From the human T2T-CHM13v2.0 reference genome, Homo sapiens: DNA of 64,000 bases. Of the stretch, positions 14,595 through 34,414 are shown in pieces. The position numbers were made by a program, and so were the translations under genes. The stretch is taken from assembly GCF_009914755.1 (NCBI RefSeq), contig NC_060928.1; one strand, 5' to 3'. Position 1 is the stretch's first letter. Each line of letters starts with the position of its first letter. Under the pieces are notes generated by a model that ran no database searches, was not told the origin of the DNA, and was given only the letters and a program-made list of their open reading frames with translations.

Positions 14595-17081
14595 ATATAA
14601 TTTTAGTAAAATAAAACTATTTTGGTATTATGCTAGCTTGGTACAACCTACATTCCAGCCTACCCATACACACATCCTCAGCTGTGTTGAGAGTGGAACC
14701 TAATCCAAACCAAGCCAGGCATATTTTTTCATCAGAAAGTATAAAATTGGAACAAAGAAAGAATCTGTCAAACTTTGAACTGGAACTCTACAGGGTCACC
14801 TCTGAAGCATATGAAGAAGCCAAAAATATCAGTCTACAAAGAAAAAGATGGTGAAGCAGATTTTTAAATAGAACCAGAAATCAAAGACCATGATGCCTCC
14901 TAAAGAGAGGTGTTGTCTTAGTTCCTGATAACTTTTCAGACATGGGTTTCAGCGCCTCATGAGATTCAATAACAATCCTGGCCTTGATTCCTATAAGAAA
15001 CCCATATATTCTCTTATTAAGTTCTTCCTTTCTTCCTAAAATAGTTTGAGTAGTTTTCTGTGGTAGATAGAATAACATTCCCCCGAAAGATGTCCACATA
15101 CTAATCCCAGAACCCAGCAAAAGGAACTCTACAGATACGATTAAGGCAGGGATGTTGACATGAAGAGATTATCCTGTATTACTCAACTGGGGCTGATGTA
15201 ATCACAAGGGTTTTTATAAGTGAAAGAGGGATGCCAATAGTGAAAGCAACAATAAAACAATGGGTTGAGAACATAAAGGGGAAAAATAGAGGCAAGTTGT
15301 TTCTTCATTGCAAATTTGCCTAGGGTGTGATTTTACAAAACAGTGTTTAGCAGTTTCTTTGAAAGCATAGTCCTGCATACAATCCAGGAATTGTGCTCCT
15401 AATTTTTGCCCAATTGAGTTGAAAACATACAGTCACACAAAAACCAGCACACAAATGTTTATAATGGTTTTATTCATAATTGCCAAAATCTAGAAGCAAG
15501 CAAATGTCCTTCAGTGGGTGAACAGCTAAGAAAATAAAGATGTATTCATACAATGGAATTTTATTTATCAGTAACAAAGGAATGACTGACCTCCAGTTTC
15601 CAGGCCAGCACATAAGGAGCTGGAAGTCACCATTTCATCCTAAGAAGTAAAAAACTGAACAAACAGAAATCAATGACTCCTTTGAGATATAACAGAGAGT
15701 TGGGGTCACAGGGCAAACCACTGCACCTCAAGTTGGAGAGACCAACAGCCATAGCTTGCTGTAGCAGAAACTCACAAATACAAACTCACCAGGGGAACCA
15801 GTGGTGAAGTAGGGAAACCTTAACTATAACTGATGAATTGCTGAAATCTCACTATGGAAAAGTCTGAGAGATAAAACTCCAGTGGGAGGCCAGTTAGCCA
15901 ATCATTGACGGCCCCACACTTTTTTGAGTTTTACCTCCAGGAACTCAACCAGGTTCTCACGGTGAATATCAGAGAATAAAAAATCAGCCTGTGCTTCTTG
16001 CAGAGGGAGGGAAAAATAAACCATTTTGAAATATGCCAGAGCATTCTGTTCTTCTTAACAAGGTTTTCGCACAGGAGAAACTAGTTAACCAAACCCTAAC
16101 ATGCTGAGGCTTTACCAAAGTCTAACTAATGGGGGATGGGAAATACTCAACTCCGACTAGCTCTAGTGTTTCATTTGAAAGAAGAGAAATACCCAGTGCC
16201 AGCCCATGTTAGCCATCCTTTCCCACCTAAGGGGAAGGAGGTGGAAACTGAGAAATACGTGTGAAGTTCAAAGTTCAGAGGCAAAAGTTCACTAGAAGAC
16301 TGAGACCTATTCAAATGACTACAGAATGATTCCTCCTCCCCACACTTAACCACATGTTACCAAAAGCCTATTTACTGCAGTTACTTTTATTCTATACATT
16401 ATGTCCAGCTACCAAGAAAACATTACGAGACATATTAAAAGGCAAAAACCACAGTTTTTAAAGAGACAGAGAAAGCATCAGAGCCAGGCTCGGATATAGC
16501 AGAGATGTTGACATTATTAGACTAGGAATTTAAAACAACTATGATTAGGTTGCTAAGGGCTCTAATGAATACAGTGAGCAGCATGAAAGAACAGATGAGC
16601 AATAAAAGCAGAGAGATAGAAATTCTAAGAAATAACCAAAAATAAATGCTAGAGATTAAAAAAAAATACTGTAAAAGAAATAAAGAATGCCTTGGATGGG
16701 CTTACTGGCAGACTGGATATGCTGAAGAAAGAGTCTCTGACCTGAAATATATCTTAATAGAAACTGCCAGAATTGAAAAGCGAAGAGAACAAAGACTGAA
16801 AATATATATATATAATATCCAAGAAGTGTAGGACAACTACAAAATGTATAACATGTAATGGGATTTCTAGAAAAAGAAGAAAGAAAGGAACAAAAGAAAT
16901 ATCTAAAACAACGACCGAGAATTTCCTCAAATTAGTATCAGACACCATCCACAGATCCTCGAAACTCAGAAAAAACCCAAGCAGGATAAATGAAGAAAAA
17001 AAAATGAAAAGCAAAAAACCCTACACCTAGGCACATCATTTTCAAACTACACAAGATGGAAGATAAAGAGAAAAAATCCTG

Positions 17082-19136
<2,055 letters not shown>

Positions 19137-19137
19137 T

Positions 19138-19231
19138 GCTAAGCAAGATTGGGTTTGGCTAGTACTTGAATGGGAAACCATTAGGAAATACCAAGTGCCG
19201 TAGGCAACAACAACAACAACAAAACAACAAC
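19138..19231 (+). pseudogene. RNA5S pseudogene: 5S rRNA pseudogene, 3' half with decayed A-rich tail
   Basis: gctaagcaagattgggtttggctagtacttgaatgggaaacc...gccgtaggc matches 5S nt ~51-118, followed by a (CAA)n tail. TSD atcctga at 17076-17082 and 19232-19238. Confidence 0.93.
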
Positions 19232-20420
19232 ATCCTGAAAGCAAATAGAAGAGTAAAGAAAAAGAACCCACAAAGACCACCTTACTTATAGAGAAGAAAA
19301 GATAAGAATTACATCTGCCTTTTCAGAAATTATGCAAGCCGGAAGACAGTAGGGTGAAATTTTTAAAGTGTTTAGCAAAAAAAACAAAAAACAAAAAACA
19401 AAAAACTACTAACCTAGAATTCCGTACCCTGTGAAATTATCCTTCAAAAATAAAGGAGAAATAAGACAAAAATCGATCATTTAAGGATGCAGAGAAAAGA
19501 GAACTCTTATACATTGTTGGTGGGAATGTAAACTAGTACATCCACTATGGAAAATACTACGGAGATTTCACAAAAAACTAAAATAGAGTCCATTTGGTCC
19601 AGCCATCCCACTATTGGGTATCTCCTCAAAGGAAAAGAAATCAATATATCAAAGGGTTACCTGTACTTACACATTTATTGCAGCACTATTCCTAATAGCA
19701 AAGATATCAACCTGTGTGTCTATCAACTAATGAATGGATAAAGTGTTACAGATATACATATACATACAGATGTACATGTATATATACATACACATATATG
19801 TGTACATATATGTGTATGTATACACACATACACAACAAAATACTATTCAACCATAAAAATAGTGAACTCATGTCATTTGCAGCAACATGGTTGGAAATGG
19901 AGGTCATTCTCTTAAGTGAAATAAGCCAGGCACAAAAAGACAAATATTGCATGTTCTCACTAACATGTGGGAGCTAAAAAATTTGATCACATAAAGGTAG
20001 AAAGTGGAAAGATAAATAAGTGGGGGAGGATGAAGAGAAGTGAGCTAAAGGATAAAAACATACTGTTAGAATAAATAAATTCAATGTTTGATAACAGAGT
20101 AGGGTGACTATAGTTATACAAAAATGTATTGTACTCAGGTGCGGAACACCTTAAAACCCCGATTTGATCACTACACATTATAAACACATAAAAAAATTTC
20201 ACATAACAACATAAATGTGTACAAATAAAAATAATAAAGACAACTTTGAAAGTCAAAAATTATAATAAAAATAAAAATGGAAAACTGAAAAACAAATAGA
20301 AACAAAGAAAAGGGACAACAGGTAAAAAAACAGTAACAAATATGGTAGACACTAATCCAACTATATCAATAATCACTTTGAATGCCAGTGGTCTAAATGC
20401 GCCAATTAAAAGTCAGAGAT

Positions 20421-20701
<281 letters not shown>

Positions 20702-22203
20702 AAAAGTCAGAGATTGTCAGAGTGAATCAAGAAACAAGAACCAACCATGTGTTGTCTATTAGAAACTCGCTTGAAATATAAAAACACATACAGATTTAAA
20801 GTATACTGATTTCAGACAGGATAGACTTTAGACCAAGGAAATTTATCAGGGATAAAGATAATCATTGCATAATGATAAAGGCGTCAATTCTCCAAGAAGA
20901 TATAACAATCCTTAATGTGTATGTGCCTAACAACAGAGTACACATGAGCCAAAATCTGATAGAACTTTAGTGAAAAAAAAGATAAACCCACTAATAGTGA
21001 GAGACTTCAACATCCCTCTACAAGAAATGTACAGATCCAGCAAGCAGAAATCAGTAAGGATACAGTTTTACTCAACAACTCCATCAAACAGCTGGATATA
21101 TCAGACGTGTATAGCCTACTTTATCCAACAGCAGCCTAATACACATTCTTCTCAAGATCACATGGAACATTCACAAAGATAAATCATATTCTGGGTGATA
21201 AAATACACCTTAACAAATTTAAAAGAATAGAAATTATGCATTGTCTGTTTTCCAAGCACAATATAATTAAAGTGGAAACCAGTAACAGAGAAAGAGCTGG
21301 AAAAATCCCAAAATACTTGGAGATTAAACAACACACTTCTAAACAATACACAGATCAATGAAGAAATCTTGAGAGAAACTTAAAAATACTTTGAACTAAA
21401 TGAAAATGAAAACAACGTCAAAATTTTGCAAGATGCAGTGAAAGCAGTGCTTAAGATAAATTTAAAGCACCGAATGCATAAATTAAAAAAAACTAAAAAT
21501 AAAAAATTAATTACCTAAACATCCACCTTAGAAAACTAGCAAAAGAAGGGCAAATTAAGTTCAAAGTAACCAGAAAAAAGTAATAAAAAATAGAACAGAG
21601 ATCAACGAAGTTGAAAACAGAAAATCAATAGAGAAAATTAATAAAACCAAAAGCTATAATAGTTCTTTGGAAAGATGAATAAAATTGATAAACTTCTAGC
21701 CAGGCTAAGAAAAACATGAGAAGATACAAATTATTAATATCAGAAATGAAAGATGGCACATCATTAAAGAGCCCATGGACATTAAAAGCATAATAAAGAA
21801 TACAATAAAAAAACTCTACTCCCCAAAATTTGATAACCTATATAAAATGAACCAATTCCTTGAAAGACACTATCTGTCAAAATTCACAGAATCTGAAGAG
21901 AAAACAGATTCAAAAATCCTCAACAAAATATCAGCAAATCTGATCTAACAATGTGTTTAAAAAATTATACATCATGACCAAGTGAGATTTATTCCAGGTA
22001 TGCAAGGCTGATTCAACACTGGAAAATCAACTAATGTGACCCATCACATCAACAAGCTAAAAAAAAAAAGTCACGATTTTATCAATAGATTCAGAAAAAG
22101 CATTTGACAAAATCCAACACCCATTAATGATTAAAAAAAATTCCTCAATAAACTGGGAATAGAGGGGAACTTCCTCAAATTGATAAAGGATATCTACAAA
22201 AAA

Positions 22204-25200
22204 CTGGAAGTCCTAGCTGAGCATTCAAGAGAAAGAAATAAAAGGTATCCAAATAGGAAAAGAGAAATTCAAACTATCTCTCTTGCTTACAATATGATTC
22301 TTAAAGACTCTTCCAAAAGGATCCTGAAACTAATAAACAATGTCAGGAAAGTTTCAGGATATCCAATCATTTTACAAAAATCAGTAGCATTTCTATAAAC
22401 CAATAATGTTCAAGCTGACAGCCAAATCAAGAACACAATCCCATTCACGACAGCCGCAAAATAAAATAAAATAAAGTAAAATAAAATACCTAGGAATACA
22501 TGTAACCAAAGAGGTGAAAGATCTCTACAAGGAGAACTACAAGACACTGCTGAAAGAATTCACAGATGACAGAAACATATGGAAAAACTTTCCATGCCCA
22601 TGGTTTGGAAGAATCAATATCATTAAAATAGCTATACTGCCCAAAGCAATTTACAGATTCAATGTTATTTCTATCAAACTATCACCATAATTTTTCACAG
22701 AACTAGAAAAAATTAGCCAAAGCAACTCTAAGCAAAAAGCACAAAGCCTGTAGCATCACATTACCCAACTTCAAATTATACTGTAAGGCTGCAGTAACCA
22801 AAATAGTATGGTACTATACAAGAACAGACACATAGACCAATGGAACAGAATAGAGAGCTCAGAAATAAAGCTGTACACCTACAGCCATCTGATATTTAAC
22901 AAAGGTGACAAAAATAAGCAATGGGAAAGGGACTCTCTATTCAGTAAAGGTGCAGGATAGCTGGCTAACCACATACAGAAGAATGAAACTAGACCCCCTA
23001 CCTTTTATCATATACAAAAATTAATTCAAGATGGATGAAAGATTTAAATGTAAGACCTCAAACTATAAGAATCCTAGAAGAGGTGAAAAGCGACGGCGCA
23101 GCACGGTGCAGCGCAGCTCCTGCTCGCCTTTCCCCTCGCTGGGCGAGAGGTGTCTACGGAGCACCCGCTGCCGCCGCCGCTACCGCTACCGCCACCGCCA
23201 CCGCCACCGCCACCGCCGCCGGCTGCTGTCTCTATGGCGAGGAGGAGGAGGAGGAGCGCGAGCTCAGCGACACAAGTACATAAATAAAGGATAAAATATT
23301 TTATGAAACAAATCTTCAATCAAGTATAACATTTTGATGCTTGGCATCTAGACTCCCTTGTGCCCTCACTATGCCAGCGGCGACTGTAGATCATAGCCAA
23401 AGAATTTGTGAAGTTTGGGCTTGCAACTTGGATGAAGAGATGAAGAAAATTCGTCAGGTTATCCGAAAATATAATTACGTTGCTATGGACACGAGTTTCC
23501 AGCTGTGGTTGCAAAACCCATTGGAGAATTCAGGAGCAATGCTGATTATCAATACCAACTATTGCGGTGTAATGTAGACTTGTTAAAGATAATTCAGCTA
23601 GGGCTGACATTTATGAATGAGCAAGGAGAATACCCTCCAGGAACTTCAACTTGGCAGTTTAATTTTAAATTTAATTTGATGTAAGTGGGAAATAACTGTA
23701 TAACCCAGACTTTTTTTTTTCTTTAATCTTAGGAATTGATTTTCCTCAAGTATGGTGACATGCTAAGTGAATTTGGTGGTTATCCTGGAAATATATAAAA
23801 CGTAACATTTCAAAAGCATGGTTTTCTTTTTTACTATGGGACCAAAAAAAATACTTTGATGTTAAAGATGTTATATTTAAAATATGACTGCAACTTTTTT
23901 TGTATTTGGAAAGCTTTGGGTATTGAAAGTACTTCTGATAGAAAAAATTATCTTACCACATTAGTTTTACTTTCAAAAATTTTGTGTGCAATTTGAAATA
24001 TAGCCTTTTATAATATTTATCCTTATTGTAAAGATTTTTATTGCAGTCATATTCCAGTTTATGAGTAGATTACATGTCAAATGCAGTAAGACATTTTCTG
24101 GAACCTTGGGTACGTTTTCCTTTCAAGTCAGTATTACATAATCATTATGTTGCCACTTCAGCCCACAAAAGCTCTCTTAATTTACATATAGGAGAACTAG
24201 TAGTATCCTTTAACCTGGTGTTTATCATATGTCAGAATCTGCATTCTAACTCAAGCCCTGGGTCTCCACCCAGTTTCCTTAGTTATAGTATTTCTATATT
24301 ATTAGTAGAAGTAGTCTTGATAGCTAAGGGAAGTTTTAGAGTGTTTTTGGAGAAGGGCAGATTATTTGCAAACTGTAAGTTGGGTAAATAAAATATTTAA
24401 TACATTCTAATTAAAAAAACAAAAGAATCCTAGAAGAAAACCTAGGAAACACCATATTGGACATTAGCCTAGGGAAAAAACTTGTGACTAAGTCCTTGAA
24501 AACAATTGCAACAAAAACAAAAATTGACAAGTGGGATGCAATTAAACTAAAGAGCTTCTGCACAGCCAAAGAAACTATCAGCAGAGTAAACAGATAACCT
24601 ACAGAATGGGAGGAAATACTCACAGACTATGTGTCAGATAAAGGTCTAATATTCAGACTCTATAAGGAACTTAAATAATTGAACAAGGAAAAAACAAACA
24701 ATCCCAGTTAAAAATGGGTGGAATACATGAACAGACACTTCTCAAAAAGAGACAAAAAGAGACATAAAAGTGGCCAACAGACATATGAAAAAATGCTCCA
24801 CACCATTAATCATCAGAGAAATGCAAATCAAAACCATAATGAGATATCATCTCATACCAGTCAGGATAGCTACTATTAAAAAGTCAAAAAGCAACAGATG
24901 CTGGTGAGGCTGTGAAGAAAAGAGAAAGCTTATACACTGTTGGTGGGAATGTAAATTAGTTAGGCCACCGTAGAAAGCATTTTGAAGATTTCTCAAGGAA
25001 CTTAAAATTTGACTCGGGAATCCTATTACTGGGTATATATCAAAAAAATAAATAAATTGTTCTAGCAAAAAGACACATGCACTCATATGTTTATCACAGC
25101 ACTATTCACAATAGCAAAGACATGGAATCAACCTAGGTGCTCATCAACAGTGGATTGGATAAAGAAACTGTGATACATATACACCATGGAATACTACACA

Positions 25201-25525
25201 GCCATAAAAAAGGAACAAATTATATCCTTTGCAGCAATATGAATGCAGCTGAAGGCCATTATCCTTAGCAAATTAACTCAAGAACAGAAAATCAAATACC
25301 ACATGTTCTCACTTATAAGTGGAAGCTAAACTTTGGGTACTCATGGACATAATGATTGCAACAATAGACACTGGGAACCGCTGGGGAGAGAGAGAGGGAT
25401 GGGGGCAAAGATTGAAAAAATAACTACTGGCTACTATGTTCAGTACCTGGGCAATAATATAACTATGTAACAAACCTGCAAATGTACCCCTCTACAACTA
25501 AATTAAAGTTGAAATGATTTTTTAA
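22204..25525 (+). mobile_element. 5'-truncated L1PB/old-L1PA element containing the CNOT7 retrocopy
   Basis: ORF2 sequence resumes exactly after the CNOT7 TSD. Approximate TSD gatatctacaaaaaac / gatatatacaagaaac. Confidence 0.8.
23082..24422 (+). pseudogene. CNOT7 pseudogene: CNOT7 (CAF1 deadenylase) processed pseudogene from an intronically polyadenylated transcript
   Basis: GC-rich 5' UTR; ATG at 23371 encodes [41 protein letters not shown]; 1-nt deletion near 23492. Intronless similarity continues to ...WQFNFKFNL at 23680, then GTAAGT and about 730 bp of non-coding sequence. AATAAA at 24387-24392, A-tail at 24413-24422, 15-bp TSD aagaatcctagaaga at 23067-23081 and 24423-24437. Confidence 0.95.
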
Positions 25526-28137
25526 AATGATATATACAAGAAACCTACAGCTAACATCATACTTAATAATTAGATATTTGAAGCTTTCCCGCTAATAGGA
25601 ACAAGGTAAGAATACCCCCTCTCACTATCACTTTTCAACATCACACTGGAAGTCTTAGGAAATGCAATATGACCCAGAAAAAAGCAAATAAAATGCCCAC
25701 TAATAAATGGAGACAATCATAAAATTATAAAATATTTTCCTTTTCAACAGCACAAACAGGCTTCCAGTATCATAACAAGAGGGTACAACTTTTCAACAGC
25801 ACAAAAGGGCTTCAGTGTCATAACAAGAGGGTACAACTTAGAGAGCTGCAAGACACAAACTCTACTTAGATAGAGTTCTTATAGGAATTTCCTCAATTTG
25901 ATCTACAAAAACAAAAACAAAACAGAAAGCTAACTTCATACTTAATGGAAACTGTACACTTCCCACTACAATTTTGAAGAAGGCCATGTTGTCCCCTCCC
26001 ACTATTCCTATTAAACATCCTACTGGAAGTCCTAGCTAATGCAATAAAACAATAAAAAGACAAAAAAGGTATACAGATTGGGAAGAATAAATAAAACCCT
26101 TTGTTCTTAGATGAATGATCATCTATGTAGAAAATCTGAAAGAATCAACAAAAACACTCCTGGAACTAATAAGCAATTACAGCAAGGGTGTGGAATACAA
26201 GGTTAACACACGAAAGTCAAACCCTTTTCTATATACTAACTAGGAATAAAGAAGTGGAATTTGAAGTTTAAAAGAGAATACCATTTACATTAGCATCCAA
26301 GAAAGGAATTTCTTAGGTACAAATCTCACAAAATATGTACAGGATCTATATGAGGAAAACTACAAAACTATTGATTAAAGAAATCAAAACAGAATTAAAT
26401 AAATGAAGAAAATTTCATGTTCATGAATGGAAAGACTTAACATTGTCAAGATGTCAGTTCTTCCCAACTTAATCTACAGATTCAAGGCAATCCCAGTCAA
26501 AATCTCAGCAAATCATTTTGTGGATACCAACAAACAAATTTTAGAGTTTATTTGCAGAGGCAAAAGACTCAGAATTGCTGATACAATATTGGAAAAGAAC
26601 AAAGTTGGAGGACTACCACAAGCTGACTTCAAGACTTATTGTAAAGCTACAGTATTCGATGTAATGTAGTATTGGTGAAGTCTTTCAACAAATGGTGCTT
26701 GAACAATTGGCCATGTAGATACAAAAAAACAAGAACCCAGATACAGACTCATTTATTGCTGGTGGGGATGCAAAATGGTACAACTACTCTGAAAGAGAGT
26801 TTGACAGTTTCTTACACAGCTACATATACTCTCATGATACTGTGCAGCAATCATACTCCTTTGTATTTATCAAAGGAATTGAAAACTTATGTTCTATGGA
26901 AAATCCTTCATATGGATGTTTATGTCAGCTTTATTCATAATTGCCAAAACTTGGAAGCAACCAAGGTGTCCTTCAGCAGGTGAGTGGATACACTGTGGTA
27001 CTTCTAGACAATGGAATATTATTCAACAATAAAAAGATAGCAATCAACCTTTGAAAACATGAAGGAAACATGAATCCATATTACTAAGTGACAGAAATCA
27101 ATCTGAAAAGGTCATATACTAGATGATTCAAACTATATGACATTCCAGAGAAAGCAAAACTATGGAGACAGTAGAAAGATCAGTGATTGCCAGGGATTAG
27201 GAAGGAAGGTGGGACGAATACGCGGAGCATAGAGGATTTTTAGTGTAGTAAAACTACTCTGTATAATACTGTGATGGTGAATACATGTCATTATACGTTT
27301 GTTCAAACACAGAGAATGTACAATATCAAGAGTGAACTCTGATGTAAACTATGAAGTCTGGGTGACAATGATGTGTCAATCTAGGTTCATCAATTGTAGC
27401 AAATGTACCACTCTCTTGGGGGATATTAATAACAAGAGAGTAGAGGCAGGAAGTATATGGGAAATCTCTGTACCTTCCTCTTAATTCCGCTGTGAATCAA
27501 AAATTGCTCTAAAAAATAAAGTCTTTGAAACAAATAAGAAATGATCTGTGAAGTCACAAAAAGGCAATGAAGGAAACTTAATTGCATTTTTTCTAAGTGA
27601 AATAAGCCAGTCTGAAAACGTTATATATTACATGATTCCTATTATATGACATTCTGTAAAACACAAATAAAAAAAATTCTGTAAAACACAGACCATTCTG
27701 TAAAACACAGATCAAGAAAAGGTCAGTCTTTGCCAGAGGTTCAGGCAGAGGAGAAGGTAGTTAAATTGGAAAAACACAGATTTTTAAAGTACTGAAACTA
27801 TTCCATATGACACTGTAATGATTGGTACATGACACTATTTATAAAAATCCATAGACATTTACAGTATAAACAGTGAGGGTTAATGCATACAAATTTTCAT
27901 GAAGTTATTTAGGAAGTCAGGATATCCCAGTATGGAATGCAGAATATGACAAAACAATCTAACTGTATTACAAAAGTATAAAACAACCTCACTGAATGGG
28001 GAAGAGAAGAAGGATGCTGACCCAAGTAACTCTGGAAATGAGTGGAGTCTGAAATTCCAAAGACAAAACAAACTGAACATAAACTGATAAAGTTGTTTCC
28101 CATTGAGGTACAGGTTAACAACTCTGAAACAGCTGTA

Positions 28138-31514
<3,377 letters not shown>

Positions 31515-32217
31515 CACAAGCATACTGGAATAGAACAAATAAATAAATCAATGATGGATAGTGGGAGCCAGGTTTCTTACAGTTGGAGTGGGAATTTACA
31601 GGTAAGCAAGGTGAGGAGGCTAGAATGGTCCATATGAGAATGGATTAGAGTCATTAGTAGTAATTCATGTTTTAGCTCAGTTTAGAGTTGATTACATATA
31701 GAAATGTTATAATATGTGTATGTATTCAGATTAGTATACCCAGATATATTACTTTGTTTTGTAAGCTGAGAGACTCTAGAAGCAAAATGCCCAGAGTATA
31801 TCTAGCACACAAATTTTGTCTTCTAATACCATTCTCTAGCAAGAGGAACCAGAGCTTCTTGGAGAAATGGCTAACTCTAGGACTGGGACAAAAAAATATA
31901 GACGATGAGCCTAGGGCATCTTGAAGTGCCAGAAAGTAAGGAAGTGCTAAAAAACAAGCAAGCAGGTAAACATGTCACAATAATAGGAATATGTCAAAGG
32001 AACACAGGAACCACCTGAGGAGCTCCCAATAGCCAAAGCTAGAACAATTTGAGCAAGAAAATAAAGTACTACTGGGTTATAACTCAAAGTATAAAACAAA
32101 TATCCAAGAGTTCATACTGAATAAATAAATAATTGAATAAGTAAGCAAACATGGGAGGAAGGACTAATCTCCCTTACAGAAGAATTCCAAATAATTTATA
32201 TAAATGTCCCACTCTCA

Positions 32218-32420
32218 CATCACACACTGCGGCCTGTTGGGGGTGGGGGGCAAGGGGAGAAAGAGCATTAGGACAAATAACTAATGCATGTGGGGCTTAA
32301 AACCTAGATGATGGGTTGATAGGTGCAGCAAACCACCATGGCACAAGTATACCTATGTAACAAACCTGCATGTTCTGTACATGTATCCCAGAACTTAAAG
32401 TAAAATAAAATAAAATAAAT
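32218..32420 (+). mobile_element. L1PA 3'-end fragment (~200 bp) inside an L1M 3' UTR
   Basis: gggtgggggg...aaacctgcatgttctgtacatgtatcccagaacttaaag plus A-rich tail; TSD aaatgt(c/t)ccactctca. Confidence 0.85.
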
Positions 32421-32800
32421 AAATGTTCCACTCTCAAGGAGGTAAAGCATAACTCCCGCCTCATTACATATGGGCTGCACAGTGACTTCCTTTCGAAGAC
32501 TACAGTATAGAAAGGAGGAGGGAAAAGGTTAACTTTACCATAGAGAAACATGGCAAACACTACCTCAGTCAGGTGATCAAGGTGAACATCAGTAATCACA
32601 AATCATGTTGATAATTTGTACCCTTAAAATGATGTGATGAAAATGGCACTTTACTTCTGTGATCTTCTTCCTAAAAATCTCATAACCCCAGGATAATAAT
32701 GAGAAAAATATTAGCAAATTCCAATGAAAAATCATTCTACAAAATTCCTCACCAGTACTCCTCAAAACTGTCAAATACATCAAAAACTATATATATATAA

Positions 32801-32947
<147 letters not shown>

Positions 32948-33495
32948 TAATAGATAACTGGAACAGTTTGCTACTAATATTAAGATTTTAATAAAAATAC
33001 CTTTTTGTATACTAGCATTACATAGTACAATAAAATGCCTACACTAGAAAAGGAACACAAAACCATACATTCACACCTACACCCACTTTAACGCATAGAT
33101 ATTGGAGAAAGCAAAATGCATAAAGCAAAAACACCAGAAAAGTGACTGAAATGCCAGAAAAACACCAGAAAAGCATCCAAGAGTACATGTCAAAATCAGT
33201 GCTTCTTTGAAAAAAGGCCAAAAACTTTATGTTTCTTATTTTCCAGAAGAAACACCTTGGACACAAAATTTTTAGAAATTAGGATTAAATTAGAAAATTA
33301 CATAGGAAAGATTAAACTTCAGAATTATGAAACAAACTAGCAAAGAAATATGATTTATAAACAAATTGGGCTGTAATTCATTATTTAAAAATCTTTAACC
33401 TAAAAATATATCTTAATCAAATTAAATGTTCATGAATGTGTTTTGCAAGAAAAAATAGTATATAAAAAGTAGACGGACTTCAAGTTTCTGTCTCA

Positions 33496-33684
<189 letters not shown>

Positions 33685-33794
33685 TTAGCCAGGCATAGTG
33701 GCATGCAACTGTAATCCTAGCTATTCAATAGGCTGAGGTAGAAGGATTACTTGAGCCCAGGAGTTAGAGGTTACACAGTGAACTATGGTGGCAC

Positions 33795-34414
33795 TGTGAG
33801 AGGCACTGGAACCGGAATAACTCCGCCTTGAATAGGGGCTGGGTAAAATAAGTCTGAGACCTACTGGGCTGCATTCCCAGGATGAGATACGAGGTTGGCA
33901 AAAGACCTCTTTATAGATCATAAAGGCCTTGCTGATAAAACAGGATGCTGTAAAGAAGCTGGCCAAAAGCCACCAAATCCAAGATAGCAACTAAAGTGAC
34001 CTCTGGTTGTCCTCACTGCTCATTATATGCTAATTGTTACAATGCATTAGCATGTTAAGAGATGCTCCCACCTGCACCACGACAGTTTACAAATGCCTTG
34101 GCAACATGAGGAAGTTACCTTATATAGTCTAAAAGGGAAAGGAATCCTCAGTTCCAGGAATTGCCCACCCCCTTCCCAGAAAACTCATGAATAATCCACC
34201 CCTTGTTTAGCATATAATTAAGAAATAACTATACATGTACTCAGTTGAGTGGCCCATGCTACTCTTCCGTTTATGGAGTAACCATTCTTTATTCCTTTAC
34301 TTTCCTAATAAACTTGCTTTTGCTTTACTCTATGGACCCACCCTAAATTCCTTCTTGTTGTGAGGTCCAAGAACCTGCTCTTGGGGTCTGGATTGGGACC
34401 CCTTTCCAGTAACA
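33795..34414 (+). mobile_element. MER41 (MER41B-like) ERV1 solo LTR inserted in an AluJ
   Basis: TG...CA termini, characteristic ttgaataggggctgggtaaaataag 5' sequence, 4-bp TSD gcac/gtac. Alu sequence resumes at 34415. Confidence 0.88.
34152..34181 (+). promoter_or_regulatory. Tandem STAT GAS motifs (TTCCAGGAA at 34152-34160, TTCCCAGAA at 34173-34181) in MER41
   Basis: Both match TTC-N3-GAA. Function is not shown by sequence. Confidence 0.6.

Noticed and set aside
23031-23319. Overlapping ORFs with poly-Ala/Thr, Arg/His and Gly runs
   Set aside because: These are translations of the GCC/ACCGCC repeats in the CNOT7 5' UTR fused to L1 sequence; there is no independent coding evidence.
25741-25840. 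~50-bp direct repeat, two copies
   Set aside because: A simple tandem duplication in old L1 sequence with no spacers; not a CRISPR-like array.
33039-33266. 75-aa hydrophobic ORF in apparently unique sequence
   Set aside because: No recognisable homology or convincing splice sites; hydrophobicity follows from the T-rich strand.
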